A stretch of DNA of 64,000 bases, taken from Tubulanus polymorphus. Taxonomy: Eukaryota > Animalia > Nemertea. Shown here piece by piece: positions 14,417 to 27,649 of this stretch (within the stretch, counting starts at the first letter, position 1; each line of letters starts with the position of its first letter). The stretch lies in NCBI RefSeq assembly GCF_964204645.1, contig NC_134026.1, positions 1,449,950 through 1,513,949 on the forward strand, given 5' to 3'. The notes beneath the pieces were generated by a model. That model was not told the DNA's origin, made no database searches, and saw nothing but the letters and a program-made list of their open reading frames with translations. A program made the translations under genes and the position numbers.

Positions 14417-15517
14417 TTAGTACAATACTTCAGTTGAGGTTGACGTCATTGACATCGGATTGTGAAACCCACTTCCAACTTCGGGTTTTCTTTTTCGGGT
14501 GCAGCGGAATATTTCACCGAGTGTAGCCCTGAACGATCTTCCGACGGCTAAATAAATGAGAAAGTTGATTGAACAGTTTATCGTAAACATGACGTCGCCG
14601 ACGATAACCGCCTTGACGTCGACGTGAGAGGTTTCCAAGTTCAAATCATGCAGTACCATGATCGTGGTGACAAAACTAGTCAGCATTAGAACTGTAAACA
14701 TGCTAGCAATAGCGACCAGATACACAGTGACATTATGAGTCCGTGATCTACCATCTATGTCATGGGATTGATAACGCATTTTCCGCAACTTGAAAATGAT
14801 CAACGGGTTGAGAATTGCTACCAAAGCGATCGGCAATAGTATGTTAATAATACAGTCGATACCGTAATAAACAGCGTGATAATATTTGTCGTGAAGTAGA
14901 GATGATGGCGCGGGGAATTTAACGCTTTTATTCAGCGCGATATCGAAACATTCTTCGAGTTTAAACTCGAAAAATCGCGGCAAACAGAAAATTACTGTGT
15001 AACACAGTAGCGCAAAACACATGATCAGTAACGGGCGGGTTCGTCTAAAACGAACTGTCCTCAGGGGCCAAAACATTCCGACGAATCGAGTAGTTGTGAT
15101 GGACGCCACTAATAAAACCTCGTAGGTCTTCGCGATGTCGAAAAATCCGTTAAATTCGGCTAAATGTAGCCGAAAAAAGTCTCCGTAACTCGCAAAATCT
15201 TTATGCCATCGACTCGCAATTTCTAAAGTCTTAGACAGAAATACCATGACGAGCACATAGTTATCCGCTAATGCCAATATCTGCAATAGAAACGTACTGG
15301 AGCCGCCTAGCTGCATTCTCCAACGCCCTATTTGTAAAACTACGATAGATAATATATTACAAACGAAACCTATACAACAGATCGGGCCGCATATACACAG
15401 ATATCCGATCCATTCCCAGCCAGCTATAGTCGCATCGACTGTCATCGGCTGCAAGTTCTCCCCATCGTCCAAACTTGTATTGGCGAGTAGAGCACTGGCG
15501 GGACAAACCTTCTGCAT
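14417..15517 (-). CDS. Intronless rhodopsin-family (class A) GPCR, FMRFamide-receptor-like clade
   Basis: 366-aa ORF with 7 hydrophobic segments. Motifs: TM1 GFVCNILS, TM2 LALADN, TM3 end TRFVGMFWPL, ECL2 PRFFE, TM5 LLP..LN, TM7 NCSINFLIY followed by helix 8 RSFRATL. Confidence 0.9.
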   Translation of the reverse strand: MQKVCPASALLANTSLDDGENLQPMTVDATIAGWEWIGYLCICGPICCIGFVCNILSIVVLQIGRWRMQLGGSSTFLLQILALADNYVLVMVFLSKTLEIASRWHKDFASYGDFFRLHLAEFNGFFDIAKTYEVLLVASITTTRFVGMFWPLRTVRFRRTRPLLIMCFALLCYTVIFCLPRFFEFKLEECFDIALNKSVKFPAPSSLLHDKYYHAVYYGIDCIINILLPIALVAILNPLIIFKLRKMRYQSHDIDGRSRTHNVTVYLVAIASMFTVLMLTSFVTTIMVLHDLNLETSHVDVKAVIVGDVMFTINCSINFLIYLAVGRSFRATLGEIFRCTRKRKPEVGSGFHNPMSMTSTSTEVLY

Positions 15518-15858
15518 TTTTTTAATATTTTGTCCTTTCTTGCTGAATTCAGATGAAGAGTTGTGTTACACGTGTATCAATAAAACAATAGCCATCGACT
15601 TCCTAATCGCGGTGTTTAGCCTACATAAACCGAAGAGTGTGTTAGCTGCTAGATTTCTAAGCTTTCGACGCCGTCTAAGAATTTCAATTACCTGTCACTT
15701 TGAATCTTCAGTTCCCGAACAACTGTCTGTAAAACTTGACCATATTTAACCCGTGTCATGTATACATATGATTTACCTCTCACAGTCAACATCGCAATTC
15801 CTTCCTTATCATATATTCGATATGATTTTATTAACTCAAGGTAAATAATCAGTGTTTA

Positions 15859-16480
15859 CTATGTGCGGATCGGCGCCGCCGAGGGCGAAAGTCACTACTG
15901 ATTTGCTGGTCATACTACAGGCCTTGATCGGGGATCGATGTCAATAACCGGGCGGCTGCCGTGTTTTGATTCTTGATACAAACATTAATTTCCAACCCTA
16001 ATTATCCCCCTTTTCTTGTCCCCGTAACAGTTAAGACCGTTGTTTTTACCAGCAAAGCAACCATAAGTCTAATAGGAACTTGATGACATGCGCCGAGTGC
16101 CGTTCCTTTGCCCCAGACCAAAGGGGGATGTGTGCACCAAGGGCCAAATTTCGGTTTTCGTAGCTAGTCGACCAAGTCAGAACTAATAACCGAATGCCAA
16201 CTATTTCCAGAATATACTTCCGACTAACGGACATTCGGTTACGTTTAGTTCGACTTTAGTCGACTAACTCAGATAACGGAAGGTCTAGTACCTAGTCGTC
16301 GTTCTACAAATCGGTTGTAGGGAACCGGTAACAACGACTATTCAGACTAACGGAAGGCAGGATGTTGGTACCCGTAGTCGAGGAACGCCGACGTCTCGTC
16401 CAGTCCGGAGCGAAGTCCGCAGATGAAAGCGTACCGTGGCAGTCGAAGGTGGTTAGACTCTGGCAGTCGAGTTAAAAGTA
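15859..16480 (-). ncRNA. Candidate structured non-coding RNA (unidentified)
   Basis: GC-enriched run of nested inverted repeats with no credible ORF. Most helices gain G-U pairs only on the minus strand. See findings. Confidence 0.35.
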
Positions 16481-17294
16481 AATTTTACATAGATGGCAGC
16501 ACCGAACGGCTAGAAAACAATCAAAATGGAGACAGCTGCTTAGCTTAGTGCAGTTCAGTGTTTTGGTGGATTGATTTTGACGCACAATACATTGATTACA
16601 TCGTGAAAGCAGCTGTGCGGATAATCTCAGTCTAGGTACGTCCGTTCTTTGTGTGCATATATACTTTCCGAGCGAATGAACACGTGAAATTGAGGGTTAT
16701 ACCCAGTTATTTATTCGGCTCCCCGGGGCCCACTCGTTCTCGAGTCGTTGTTACCTACGTCAATATAGTGTCGGCGTACTGCTCTCTCACTCCCCACTCT
16801 CCTAAAACAGTCAAACTCTGGAGGATTCAATTCAAGGTACCGTACTCGATAACAACATGACGAGCACCACTAAGTAGTCATCAAAATAAATGCACGTCAC
16901 GAGAATTTTTGTTCTCAGTTTTCAATTCCGGGGGTTGAATATGCAGATATGCTAGAATAGTTCATCGGATCCTGGTTACCAACCTCAATCAACAGGCTGA
17001 TTATTTTGCTAATAGTAGCAGAGAGTAAGAAGTAAACATCGGGTATAAGCCTAGCTGGTGAGAGCCTGGGCCTAGAACTGTCAATTACTGCCCTGATTCC
17101 TGTGATTCCTTTCTAGGTTTTGAACTCTTAGTTAGTACTGGTAACTAGTGTATGAAAAATTCTTTTCAGCGACCAATTCGTAGACAACGTTACGTAATGT
17201 GTATCGTCGATTCATATCTCGACTACTCGTTTTAGAGAAGAAGAATTTGGATTCATCGGCAGCAGTTTTCTGCTCGGAAGTCGTCGTATTAACT

Positions 17295-20200
17295 ATGGCA
17301 GAGTATGAATGGTAATCAGTAATCATATAACAGTGGTGGATCCGTATTGGCTTATTGATGTATCCTTCATTATCTAGAGCCCTTAAAACGTACAAAGCTA
17401 TTCACTCCAGAAGCATTTCAACTCGATAATACTCTCAAAAACCACAAACTAGGCTTCACTATGATTTTCTGGGGCAATTCTACGTTACTCTATTTCATAT
17501 TGAGCTTCTGGTTTTCACCTTGAGAGGATCCACTAACGGTGCCCTTTTAAGATCTATTGCTGAGAAGAATAATGTCCAATATCAATCTGGATCCGCCCCT
17601 GATAATTACTAATTATTAGTTAATTGATGTTAATTAGTGATTGATTATAGCTGAATTAAAACGCTATGTTTATGGGAATATGAAAAAAACTATGCATTCA
17701 AAAGGTTAACATCCAATATTTGGGTAGAGATTCCTAATATCACAGTCTAGGACTGCTGCACACTCACTCACTCATCTGAATCGTTCAACCATTCATAATG
17801 TGCCACTCGTATTGGATTTATATAACAAAGAAAGGGTCACGCTACAAGGCCTTATAGTTTTGCAAAGGTTTAGAATTAAAACCAGCTGTTAATTTTCCCA
17901 CTGGTTGTTCTGGAGTATAATTATCTAATATTTCTGAATTTTTACATCTGGTCATAGTTTCACTTGTCATGGATTATTAGAATCTGCATTCATTAGTGCT
18001 TTAAACTTGATCTTGAAACCCGGTCCCAGGCCACTGTTAGTTTCTGACCAAAATAGTATATTTCCTTTGTTCTAGATGTTATCTTATCTGACATTAGGCT
18101 TTCATGATTTCTTTCTTGGCCATAATTTCTAAAGTATCTATACACTTATAGGACAGCTATCGTAATTCTTTATTCCTTTGTGTATTTGTCATACGTCTAC
18201 GCAAAGGCTAGAATATCTAGATGATATATATTACATAAATCCCATAATTATTGTACACAATTCTTAGTCAGTATTACCAGATATGATCTGTTATTTCATA
18301 ATGTGCTATCAATAGACCTAGGCCTACTCAGATGGGAGGCACGTTCGTGCAATGACAATTTGGTCCGGACCATAGTCAAATTTGGCCCATGTCTAATTAA
18401 AGAGCGCGTTCATTAGTGATAAGATGCTATCAAAATGATGCCGTGGCAAGTGAGGTGTGTCACTTACAGTCCCAGATAGCATTCACACGAAATAATTAGA
18501 CCTGTTCCATCATTTGGCAGCATGAGCTGGTTTAGTTTATTTGGTTGTTAGAAAGGATTTCAAGCTCTGTGATGTTTTAAATTGAATGTGTTTTTGTGTA
18601 TTATTATTTTCAGGGCGTACTCGGTCGTTGATTCATCGCGACTTTCTACGTTTGCCATTTCCATACTCCTAATCGTTTACGGAAGTTTCAGGTAAAGAAA
18701 AGTCGAAATGAAATTTACCAAATTTTCGGGGGCAACATAAAATTCAGGCTTGACTCAAATGTCTCGCAATTAGCCTTGATCTAATTGGGGGGGGACATCC
18801 AATCCTAGTGCGAACTATGCATTTATACTACAACTACTGTGACTTGGAAACAAATTCATTTCGAATGAGGAAAAATGAGATTTTGAAATTCATACGACCT
18901 ATGTAATTATACAACTTGTAACATGAGGACTTATGCGAGTTTGACTGTATCGCAATTGATATTGTGGTTTGTTCTTCACTTGAATCCGACTATCGCTTTG
19001 TCTATAGTATAAAAACCAAGAATTGTAATGTCATATAGACAATAGTCGCTGAAAATTGTTATGAAGTATTGAAAAATTTTAGGTCGCTAAACATGGATCA
19101 AGAAAATAAAGAAAAAGAGGACAGAGAACGAGAGAAAGACTCGGCATTTGTATCAAACGGACAAAATGGAAGCGCTGATAATAGTAGTAAGCATACCGGT
19201 ATAGCATTGAAAAACCAGTTTATAACAAAACCTTATTTAACCTGTATCTACCACGTCAAATATAGTATTAGCTGCTGATATAATCACATGTCTTATCATC
19301 AAGCGTGATGTAATATCTGTATTTGTTTGTTTCAGATGTTCAGACAATTGACAGTTGCCAGGCAATGTTTCTACCGTTAGGAGCTTCAATATCCCTTCTC
19401 ATCATGTTTTTGTTTTTTGATTCGCTGCAGATGGTTTTTGCTGTTTGCACAGCGAGTAAGTTTAGTGCTCTTATCATTAATTCAAATATGCGCATTTCAT
19501 ACCACCTGCCCCCATATGGGAAACAAGGAAAGATAATCAATAACAAAATCTTATTTTGAAAACTTCCATAAAGGAATGTTATTGTTAGGTTTAACCCTTT
19601 CAGTGCAGACTAATCAATACCCTATAGTACTGGAGATGATTTGAAAATTTTGAAAAATTCAACCCTAGTGTGTTGAATAACGAGAATACCACTATAGTGT
19701 GTCTACACTACAGCGCGGTTTATCGTTAGTTACTGATATTTCACTATGTTTGACACGTGCTACCATCATTAAATAGAGATAAAGACTAATTACATCAATA
19801 CACCGCAGTGTGGTATACTAGCAAAATCCATCACCAATTCATACACCGCACTGCTGTGTAGACGCACTGAAAGGGTTAATCTAATTAGGCCTATGCTGGA
19901 AGCTGTGAGTTTATTTTCTATTTTTTAGTCTTGGCCACAGTTGCATTCGCGTTTCTATTGTTACCGATGTGTCAGTACATACTGCGTCCCTGTCACAGCG
20001 GACAGAAGTAAGTTTTAATTCGTTCTATTGATCACCACTTCACGCAGATTCTCGTTCACTAAGAGTTGTTTATTTTTGTAGGATATCGTTCGGATGCTGC
20101 GGACGTTTCACGGCGGCTGAAATCCTCTCATTTTGTCTCTCTTTCTTCATCGTGTGTATTTGGGTGCTTACAGGTCACTGGTTACTGATGGATGGTAAAT

Positions 20201-22479
20201 TCTTGATTCCAAACTAAACTTGCATTTCACAATAATCTTCATTAAGACTTAATTTAATTGGATAAGTTTCAATAATTGGGCTTTCGTTTTTAATTTTTGT
20301 CTGATTCAAAATATTTTTCTGGATATTGAATATAACTGTGAAAATTGTCGAAATAAGAATAAGTGTTCTGATGTTTACTGGTTACAGTCAAACTCGCTTA
20401 CGTGGTTATTGCACAATTCAACACATTACATTACTTAAAGCATCTCGATCTCTTTAATTCAAATTTGCATTTCCAATTCAGCTTTTGTCAATAACGGCTA
20501 TGTTAGTAATTCACTGCTCTTCAATAACGTGCATTTCAAATTTGTTAACAGCTTTAGGCATGGGACTATGTGTTGCATTTATAGCCCTGATACGACTTCC
20601 AAGTCTCAAAGTATCCACATTGCTTCTCGTTGGGTTACTATTGTACGATGTATTCTGGGTAAGTTATTCATATTCCGTCTCAATTTGTGTCTTCGATTTG
20701 AAACCCCTGAAAAAAAGTTCAAAATTTACCTCGAACATCTACTAATTACAATTTCTTCATTTATTTTGCAGGTATTTTTCTCATCGTATATATTTCGAAC
20801 AAACGTGATGGTAAAGGTCGCCACTCGGCCAGCAGAAAATCCTGTAAGTCTAAAAACTGTTCAGTCTGGATGTTTACCCAAACTGGAACCAAAATTTGCT
20901 AATAAATTCTTTAATCTAACAACCGATTATCCATAATCCAATTTCAAAATCACATCAAGCCTGCTTTTTCCCCGATGGGTTTGTACGGAACACACCGAAC
21001 AGATTAACACTAGTAAAGAAGAAACTGAGAGTGAGATTGATTATCGTTAATGATGAGATGTATTTAATTGAAGGTCGGATTATTTGCGAAAAAACTGCAC
21101 TTGCAAGGCTTAATGAGGGAGGCTCCTAAACTATCCCTGCCTGGAAAATTAGTATTCCCAAGTTTGCACAACGCAGGACGGTTTTCCATGCTGGGACTCG
21201 GCGATATAGTAAGTAAATTCACTATAAACTGGACCAGTGTTTAGTGACTTTCGTAATCAATTGAAATGTGTATTGATTTATTCAGGTAATGCCTGGTCTA
21301 TTGCTTTGTTTTGTCTTACGCTACGACGCGTACAAGAAAACACAGACTCAATCATTAGAAGCTGGAATGCCGCTTCCCGCGGCTTACTACCATAAAATAA
21401 CCTACTTTCATTGTTCACTCGTTGGTTATTTCCTCGGTGAGTATGATGCACATTTATTTACGGTGGCGCCACTTACCTGGAAAAGTCGGGGAAATTTGTT
21501 GAGAATCTTTATTGATCGCGCATAAAATCAAACCGTTTCCGTCTGCCTTTGTTGATCTTTGAATTGTGGTCAATCGGCTTTAATTAATCATTCCATTTTC
21601 TGTATCTATCGTACAAAATCCGAGACCCGAATTTCCTCCTCTACTACGTGTTCTGAAACATTCTGTTTAAAGAACCGAGAAAGATTTCCGATATTTTTAT
21701 CTTCCTCCTTTCGAAGCCAGAATGATTCTAATGAATTCAAACATATGATACATTATTTCATGGAATTAGTGAATGCTGGAATGAGAAACTAGTTTTGTTT
21801 ATTTTTAGGTCTGTTGACGGCGACGATATCATCAGAAGTTTTCCGTGCTGCACAACCAGCTTTACTCTACCTGGTACCATTTACCCTTCTACCGTTATTT
21901 ACTATGGCATATTTAAAAGTGAGTATAAAAACTAAATAGCCATTGTCAAACACCGGTAGATCGGTCGAGATGCTATACACGCTTCACTCGGATACAATTC
22001 AGCTTGTATCGGAAATTGATAAGAAATCAATAATCAAAAGGTTATCAAAAGACACTGCTGGATACCGGTATTTTGCTCTGAATGTATTGATCGCATCAAG
22101 GTGGGATACACTTAATTTGGATGCAGAATGATTGCGAAATTCGTTGAAAAATAGTATAAATTCAACGGGGTATAAAGCAATGTTTCGCAACATTACTGTA
22201 TCTTATTCTGCATTCAATGATGAAATAGTAAAACCTCCCACACCTCAAACACCTCCCTTGAGGAACACTTATCTTCCTTGGAACCAAAATTTGTTTAGTT
22301 CATTTTCGCTTAAGATATATGAACATCACTTATTGTTGTGTAGCTTCACTGTCATGATGTGACTGTACGAAGTCTATGAACTCAAAAATATGTTGGCGTT
22401 ATTTTTTCAGGGTGATCTTCGAAGGATGTGGAGTGAACCGTTCTTGGCGCCGGCTCAATCGAAGTACATGGAGGTTTAA
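17295..22479 (+). CDS. SPPL3: Signal peptide peptidase-like 3 (GxGD intramembrane aspartyl protease)
   Basis: 12 phase-consistent exons: 17295-17311, 18614-18691, 19083-19186, 19336-19455, 19929-20007, 20082-20194, 20552-20658, 20772-20843, 21074-21208, 21286-21436, 21809-21918, 22411-22479. Motifs YDVFW, LGLGDIVMPG and QPALLYLVP are present. N-terminus [14 protein letters not shown] and C-terminus [11 protein letters not shown] closely match SPPL3. Confidence 0.97.
19591..19879. mobile_element. Non-autonomous piggyBac-type MITE, copy 1 (SPPL3 intron 4)
   Basis: TTAA-CCCTTTCAGTGC ... GCACTGAAAGGG-TTAA: terminal inverted repeats with TTAA target duplication. Similar over its whole length to 42930-43209. 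Confidence 0.9.
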
Positions 22480-24411
22480 TCGCATTGCGCGCAGCATACT
22501 GCGAAACATCATGTGAATTTACAGTAAAAACATTATCACCAGGCTAGTCATCATATTAGTGGAAATCTTTGATTGCGATATAAAAGCGAAGACTCTCAGG
22601 CTGTCCAGTAAAACGAGACAATAATTCTACTTTATCGAGACAATCCTGCTTAGAAGTTCCAGCATCAGAAATCTTGTATTTTTATTGATTTGATAGTACT
22701 GCTTTTTAAGTCACACATAAAGCAATAGAATACTTCATTCGACCACAACGATTTTTTGCACTCAATCGTTGTACCTACTTCTGGGACCGTGCATCTGCGG
22801 CCCTGTGACACTTGATTTTATTTGTTCATTTCACGTGTGCGACTGTCTCATTTAAACAGCACCGGTTTATGAATGGCAGTTTGAGGCAGGTTTCCCTTAA
22901 TGTAATGTTGTGTTGCGATACTTGTTTATACAGCACGTGGATTATGTTCATTTCTATAGAACTATCGATTAAAAAGTATAGCATTGTAAGAATAGACGAA
23001 TATGCTGGCGATATGATATGATTAATGCATGTGTATTCTGAGGCCTTTTTAGACGCGTAGAGTACCTTGAACTAAATTCGGTTTCGGTGAATAAACAGTT
23101 ATACATGTAGTATACACATATATGATAGAGCTATGCCACACCCCGGTTCACTGGCTTGTCTCATTGTCTGAATTCATTTCAGACTAGGTAATGAATTTAA
23201 CATGATTGAATTTTATTTGTTTTTTGCATCAGATGCGTTTATTTAATGGAAATAGATTAATAAATGATTGATTGATTGATTAATTGATTAATTGTACAGT
23301 TTTTAAAAGAAAATCAGTTCTGGAAATAACATATACAAATATAATGTATATATAAATGATGAACATTATTAGATAATGTACTATAAGGATCACAAAGATG
23401 TATGATAATAATGATTATAATGTGTATTATTATCGGTGCTTACAACCGACGCGATCATGTATTACTACATTACGATTATGATTTAATGCTCATTGAGCTG
23501 CCTCATGAAACGCTTAACAATGAAAAACCACGATCATTCAAATTGTTTTACTTAGGAAAACGTAGTTTTTATCGTAGGATTTTTTTCTATATTGTGATCA
23601 TGATTTTTGTACGAAAACGCCGTTAGAAGACGCAATGTGTAAATTCTATTTCTATTGGCCATATTTTACAATGATGAATTGTGTTTATTTAATGCTGTAT
23701 TTATGTGTTTATCTTTACTATTATGTATCATTTAGGTAGCGATAATTTACGAGAAAATCAATGAACGAATCGGCTTCTTTGAAATTATAGAAAAAAAACT
23801 CTTATTTCCCCCATCAAAATTATGATTGTCTCGTCTGTCTCCCGTACTTCATTCGACAAAATGTTCAGTCAGCAATTTTTGCTCACTCGTTTCTTTATGT
23901 TTGAATATATCGATATTAATAAGATTTACTACTAAAAATGGACGAATCTCTTTGTCACGTATAGATATATATATATATGAATATATATTAACGAATAAAT
24001 ATTTATAATTGGTAAATTTATTCTTTGTTTTTTTTTATTTTCGTGTTTACTTCTGCTGAAGCTTTACTACTACAAACATGGTCAGTGAATTGAATCATCT
24101 CACAATTATATCGGTGATTGCTTCATCGTTTTTATTTCCTGCGGATGAGACTTTCTGTTGTTTTTATTTTCGTCGACGACTGTATCATCGGGGTTCTTGG
24201 ATATTAGGGAATGCCGATTCTCCATGAAATCAGGGGATTTGAATTTCTAGTGTTTTGTTCTCGCTGGTGACGGGTAGTGCAAAGAGCCTCTCGATAAGAA
24301 AGCCCTTACTGAGAATATCTTGTAATTGAATTTAATCGGGGACGTTTGTTTGGACTCCCTGAACCGTATCAAAAACAGTGACGAGAACGCTTTGCCTTAT
24401 ACACATAGAAT

Positions 24412-27400
24412 TTATTGGGAACAAACTCCACATGATTTTGGACATATTCTAATTACAGTCTCGGGATTTGATTGACAATGTCCATCTCTCGCCCACGCAG
24501 CGCAATCTTTATTAGTGTCTTCACATCCTACAAGTAGATATCAATATTCATGTAAGTAACGCGATTAGGTTCCTCGTAAACTGTAAATTCTAATACTCAC
24601 TTTCAACGCATTTGTTACACGATTTCTGACAGTTTACGATCATGTCATAAGTTCTACAAGAAGCAAAATCAGTAGGACACGAGTCATATTTATCTCTGCA
24701 TCCATCGCCACCAGTTACTGTAAACATATTCATAGAATCAATTATAGATCTGTAAATTTGATATTTTTCAACCATTCACTATTCTGTCTTGGCCGTTTTA
24801 AGGATATATATATAATGTGTCCTCATCTCCTGTGGATCCTTCACCAACAAGCCCCTTTAAATGGTTAATAGCAAAAAACACAAAAATACATGTATTTTTG
24901 GTAATAGTTAGCATAAGATAAATACGCTAAGTAGCACAATGAGACATGAAGAGGACGGTATGAGGATGAACTGGCCAAATTGCCCCACGCACGCATTTAA
25001 ATACTACAACTACAATTCTTCTACGAATGTCGAATGTAATATATGCAATATACCTGGTGGTTTTGGCGGTGGGATCGGTTTCTCGGTCGGAGTATCGAGG
25101 CCAAATTTCGGGCATCTGTCGCAAGATTTTCTACACTGAATACTCATCCAACCTGGATTCGAGTCACATTCTCCACTTTTCGCCCAATCAGCGCATTGTT
25201 TCGGATCATGGTGGATATCTACGCATTTTTCTTCGTAATATGCTAAATTAACAAAGTAGATCTTACATATAGATGTACAACGTCGAAATCATCGATTTAA
25301 TTATAGGAAGTGAGAAATAAAGCGATTTGTAAAAGGTGTTTGATGATGAAAGAAACGTTTCTAACTTACATTTTGGGGTAATACATTTACACAACTTATC
25401 AACGAACCCTTCCTCGGGACACTTAACATTGGAACACCATCCTTGCATTTGGGAATTAAAAGAAAACGTTGAATGAATTGCATACGTCGACTAAACCGAA
25501 ACTCTCGTCTTTACTTACTGTCACATTTGTACATGCGATTTATGACTTTTACATCCGAAAAAGACAGCATTTTCCAATAGACGCGTCCGATGTCTTTCTC
25601 TTTAGCGGGAATACGGGTTTTGATAGTCTGTTTATCTCCACCGATTGAGAAAGCCTAGAATTTATAACGACCAATCTTAATTGGAACGAAATGTCATGAA
25701 TTGAAGTCATTGTTTATATCTGAATCTACAAATTCAATACAGCTCCATTACAGTTGTTGTTTATTTTTCTTTGAATCCTGAGCTATTTTGCGAGGTTATA
25801 GACAATCATTTCTTCTGATCTGTGACGACTGTGTGACTTGCCATCACCGTACAACGGAATTTGACTTACATTGATACCGTAGTGCATAACACTAGCGTAG
25901 TCATATGGGATTCCGTGTCTATCCAGTTCATCAGCTTTATAAAGGGTGAACTGGTCTTTCAGATCTGGTTGAACATTCTCAAATTTTATTTCGATGTACT
26001 TGTCTCTGTCCGGTAACTGGTGTTCGTGAACTAGACCGATCGCATGTCCAATCTCGTGGAAATAGAGTCCCATCTACGAAATCGGACAATTACTCGTGTG
26101 ATATATGATGAACAAAGGATTCATGATTAGCACATAGAAACAGCGAATACTTTCAGAGATTGAATTATTGCGGAGATGATGCGATTATGCGCCTGCGTTC
26201 ATCCCGCTGAAAAGCGTAATTTAGAGCACTTGTTCGTGCAAGATCATTATCCTGCACGGTCACAACGTCTTGAATATGAAATCGCTTACCCATCTGCAAC
26301 CGTCCCAGTCCAGATACAGATCCTGCGTACCACCATACATTCCCAACTGTGAACTACATCTGTGAACATTTACAATGTTAAAATCAATCTCCACGATTGG
26401 TAAGTCGATGAGAATAAGCTGAGCTCATCGAGTTCAAGTATCAATTTGTTAGTTAACACTTTTGGGAATCAGTTGCACATTTCTATTCGAAGACTGTCCT
26501 CGATTGTCATATGGATGTATTAATCTAAATTCGAATGTCCGAAGAGAATCTTTTTCTATCTTTAAAGTAATAAGCAACAGAAAGAGGTTTCCTTCATTTT
26601 TTCCGCTTACCCAATACCGTTTCTAAAGTTAACTTTATTGACGTCACCGAAGTGGGCTGGCCTGAATATCAGACATGTCTCCTGCATGTAAACATCCATT
26701 GCTTCTTTCATCTCTTTGATTTGATACGGCCCTGTGGGATGATGTCAATATTACTGGATTATTGCTATTACTAGATTATCAAAACTCGGAAGAGAAATGG
26801 ATTAAGTGAATATCGAATTGTCGTCTTGTCGCTGCGCCTTGAATGACTTACAGAAATGATCTGGTTCAAACTGATACGGAATTGTTCTATTTGTCCAGCG
26901 CCATTTATCTCCTCTGTACGCCTTTCTTTTATTGCGACCAGAACTGAATGAATAAAATGAACGCAACGTAAATCTTAGATATATCAGAAAATCTGAAATA
27001 AAACAATTGAAATTTTGATGGACTCTTACCCGTAAAGTCCCTGGTATTGTTCGGGGGATAGCCTCATATCCATGCCCTCAATTATTTGACCATCATTACG
27101 ATCAATATGGTAATTCGCTGGATCAATTCCTTATGATGGAAATAGATTGAATAAATTGAATGTGGATTAACATTGATAATTCAAGTGTCAGTTGATAAGA
27201 AATCTATCGGTTTAATCTTTTCAAGATTTTTCTGAAAAATATTTCTTTTACCATGTGATTTTAGCGCTTTGGCGATCGACTGGTCAACTGTCTCATCGGG
27301 ATCCTTATGCCCCAAGCTGATCGCAACCTTACATCAAAGTTAGATATATTTATTCAACTGATTATTGGAAAGTGAATGATAAATCATGCAATTTCGAATT

Positions 27401-27603
27401 CGTTTTTTTCTATTTCTTGAAATACATAAAAAAATAACATCACATTACCTCTCATTAGGTGCAAAATTTTTTTTTAAATTGAATTGAACTTGTAATCTAA
27501 GAATTATGAATTCACATCATTCTTATGAATGATTTTATTTCTATATCAAAATGTCATCTCTTACCAACGGCAACAGGAAGAAAGCGATTATGTTCCGAAC
27601 CAT
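24412..27603 (-). CDS. Secreted astacin (M12A) zinc metalloprotease with a Cys-rich linker and three C-terminal ShK domains
   Basis: 12 exons: 27603-27565, 27327-27252, 27129-27030, 26943-26852, 26731-26611, 26359-26290, 26073-25870, 25654-25519, 25441-25370, 25242-25054, 24717-24601, 24527-24412. Signal peptide MVRNIIAFFLLPLVAISLG; prodomain EGMDMRL; furin site RNKR; zinc motif HEIGHAIGLVHEH; Met-turn SVMHY. The three ShK domains end CRKSCDRC, CQKSCNKC and CPKSCGVC. Confidence 0.93.
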
Positions 27604-27649
27604 GTTTTAGAGATTGCAACAAAACCATTCACGCGGTCCACGAGGATCG

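Noticed and set aside
16277-16350. RNase P-like motifs GGAAGGTCT and ATTCAGACTA
   Set aside because: They are only ~60 nt apart, far too close to hold the RNase P core, and they simply close a local hairpin.
15991-16590. Telomerase RNA on the + strand (AACCCTAA at 15994-16001; CR4/5-like CGAAGGTGGTTAGACTCTG at ~16444)
   Set aside because: The putative P6.1 does not pair and no P3 pseudoknot partner follows an A-rich linker. The template-like stretch is better explained as a G-U-containing helix on the minus strand.
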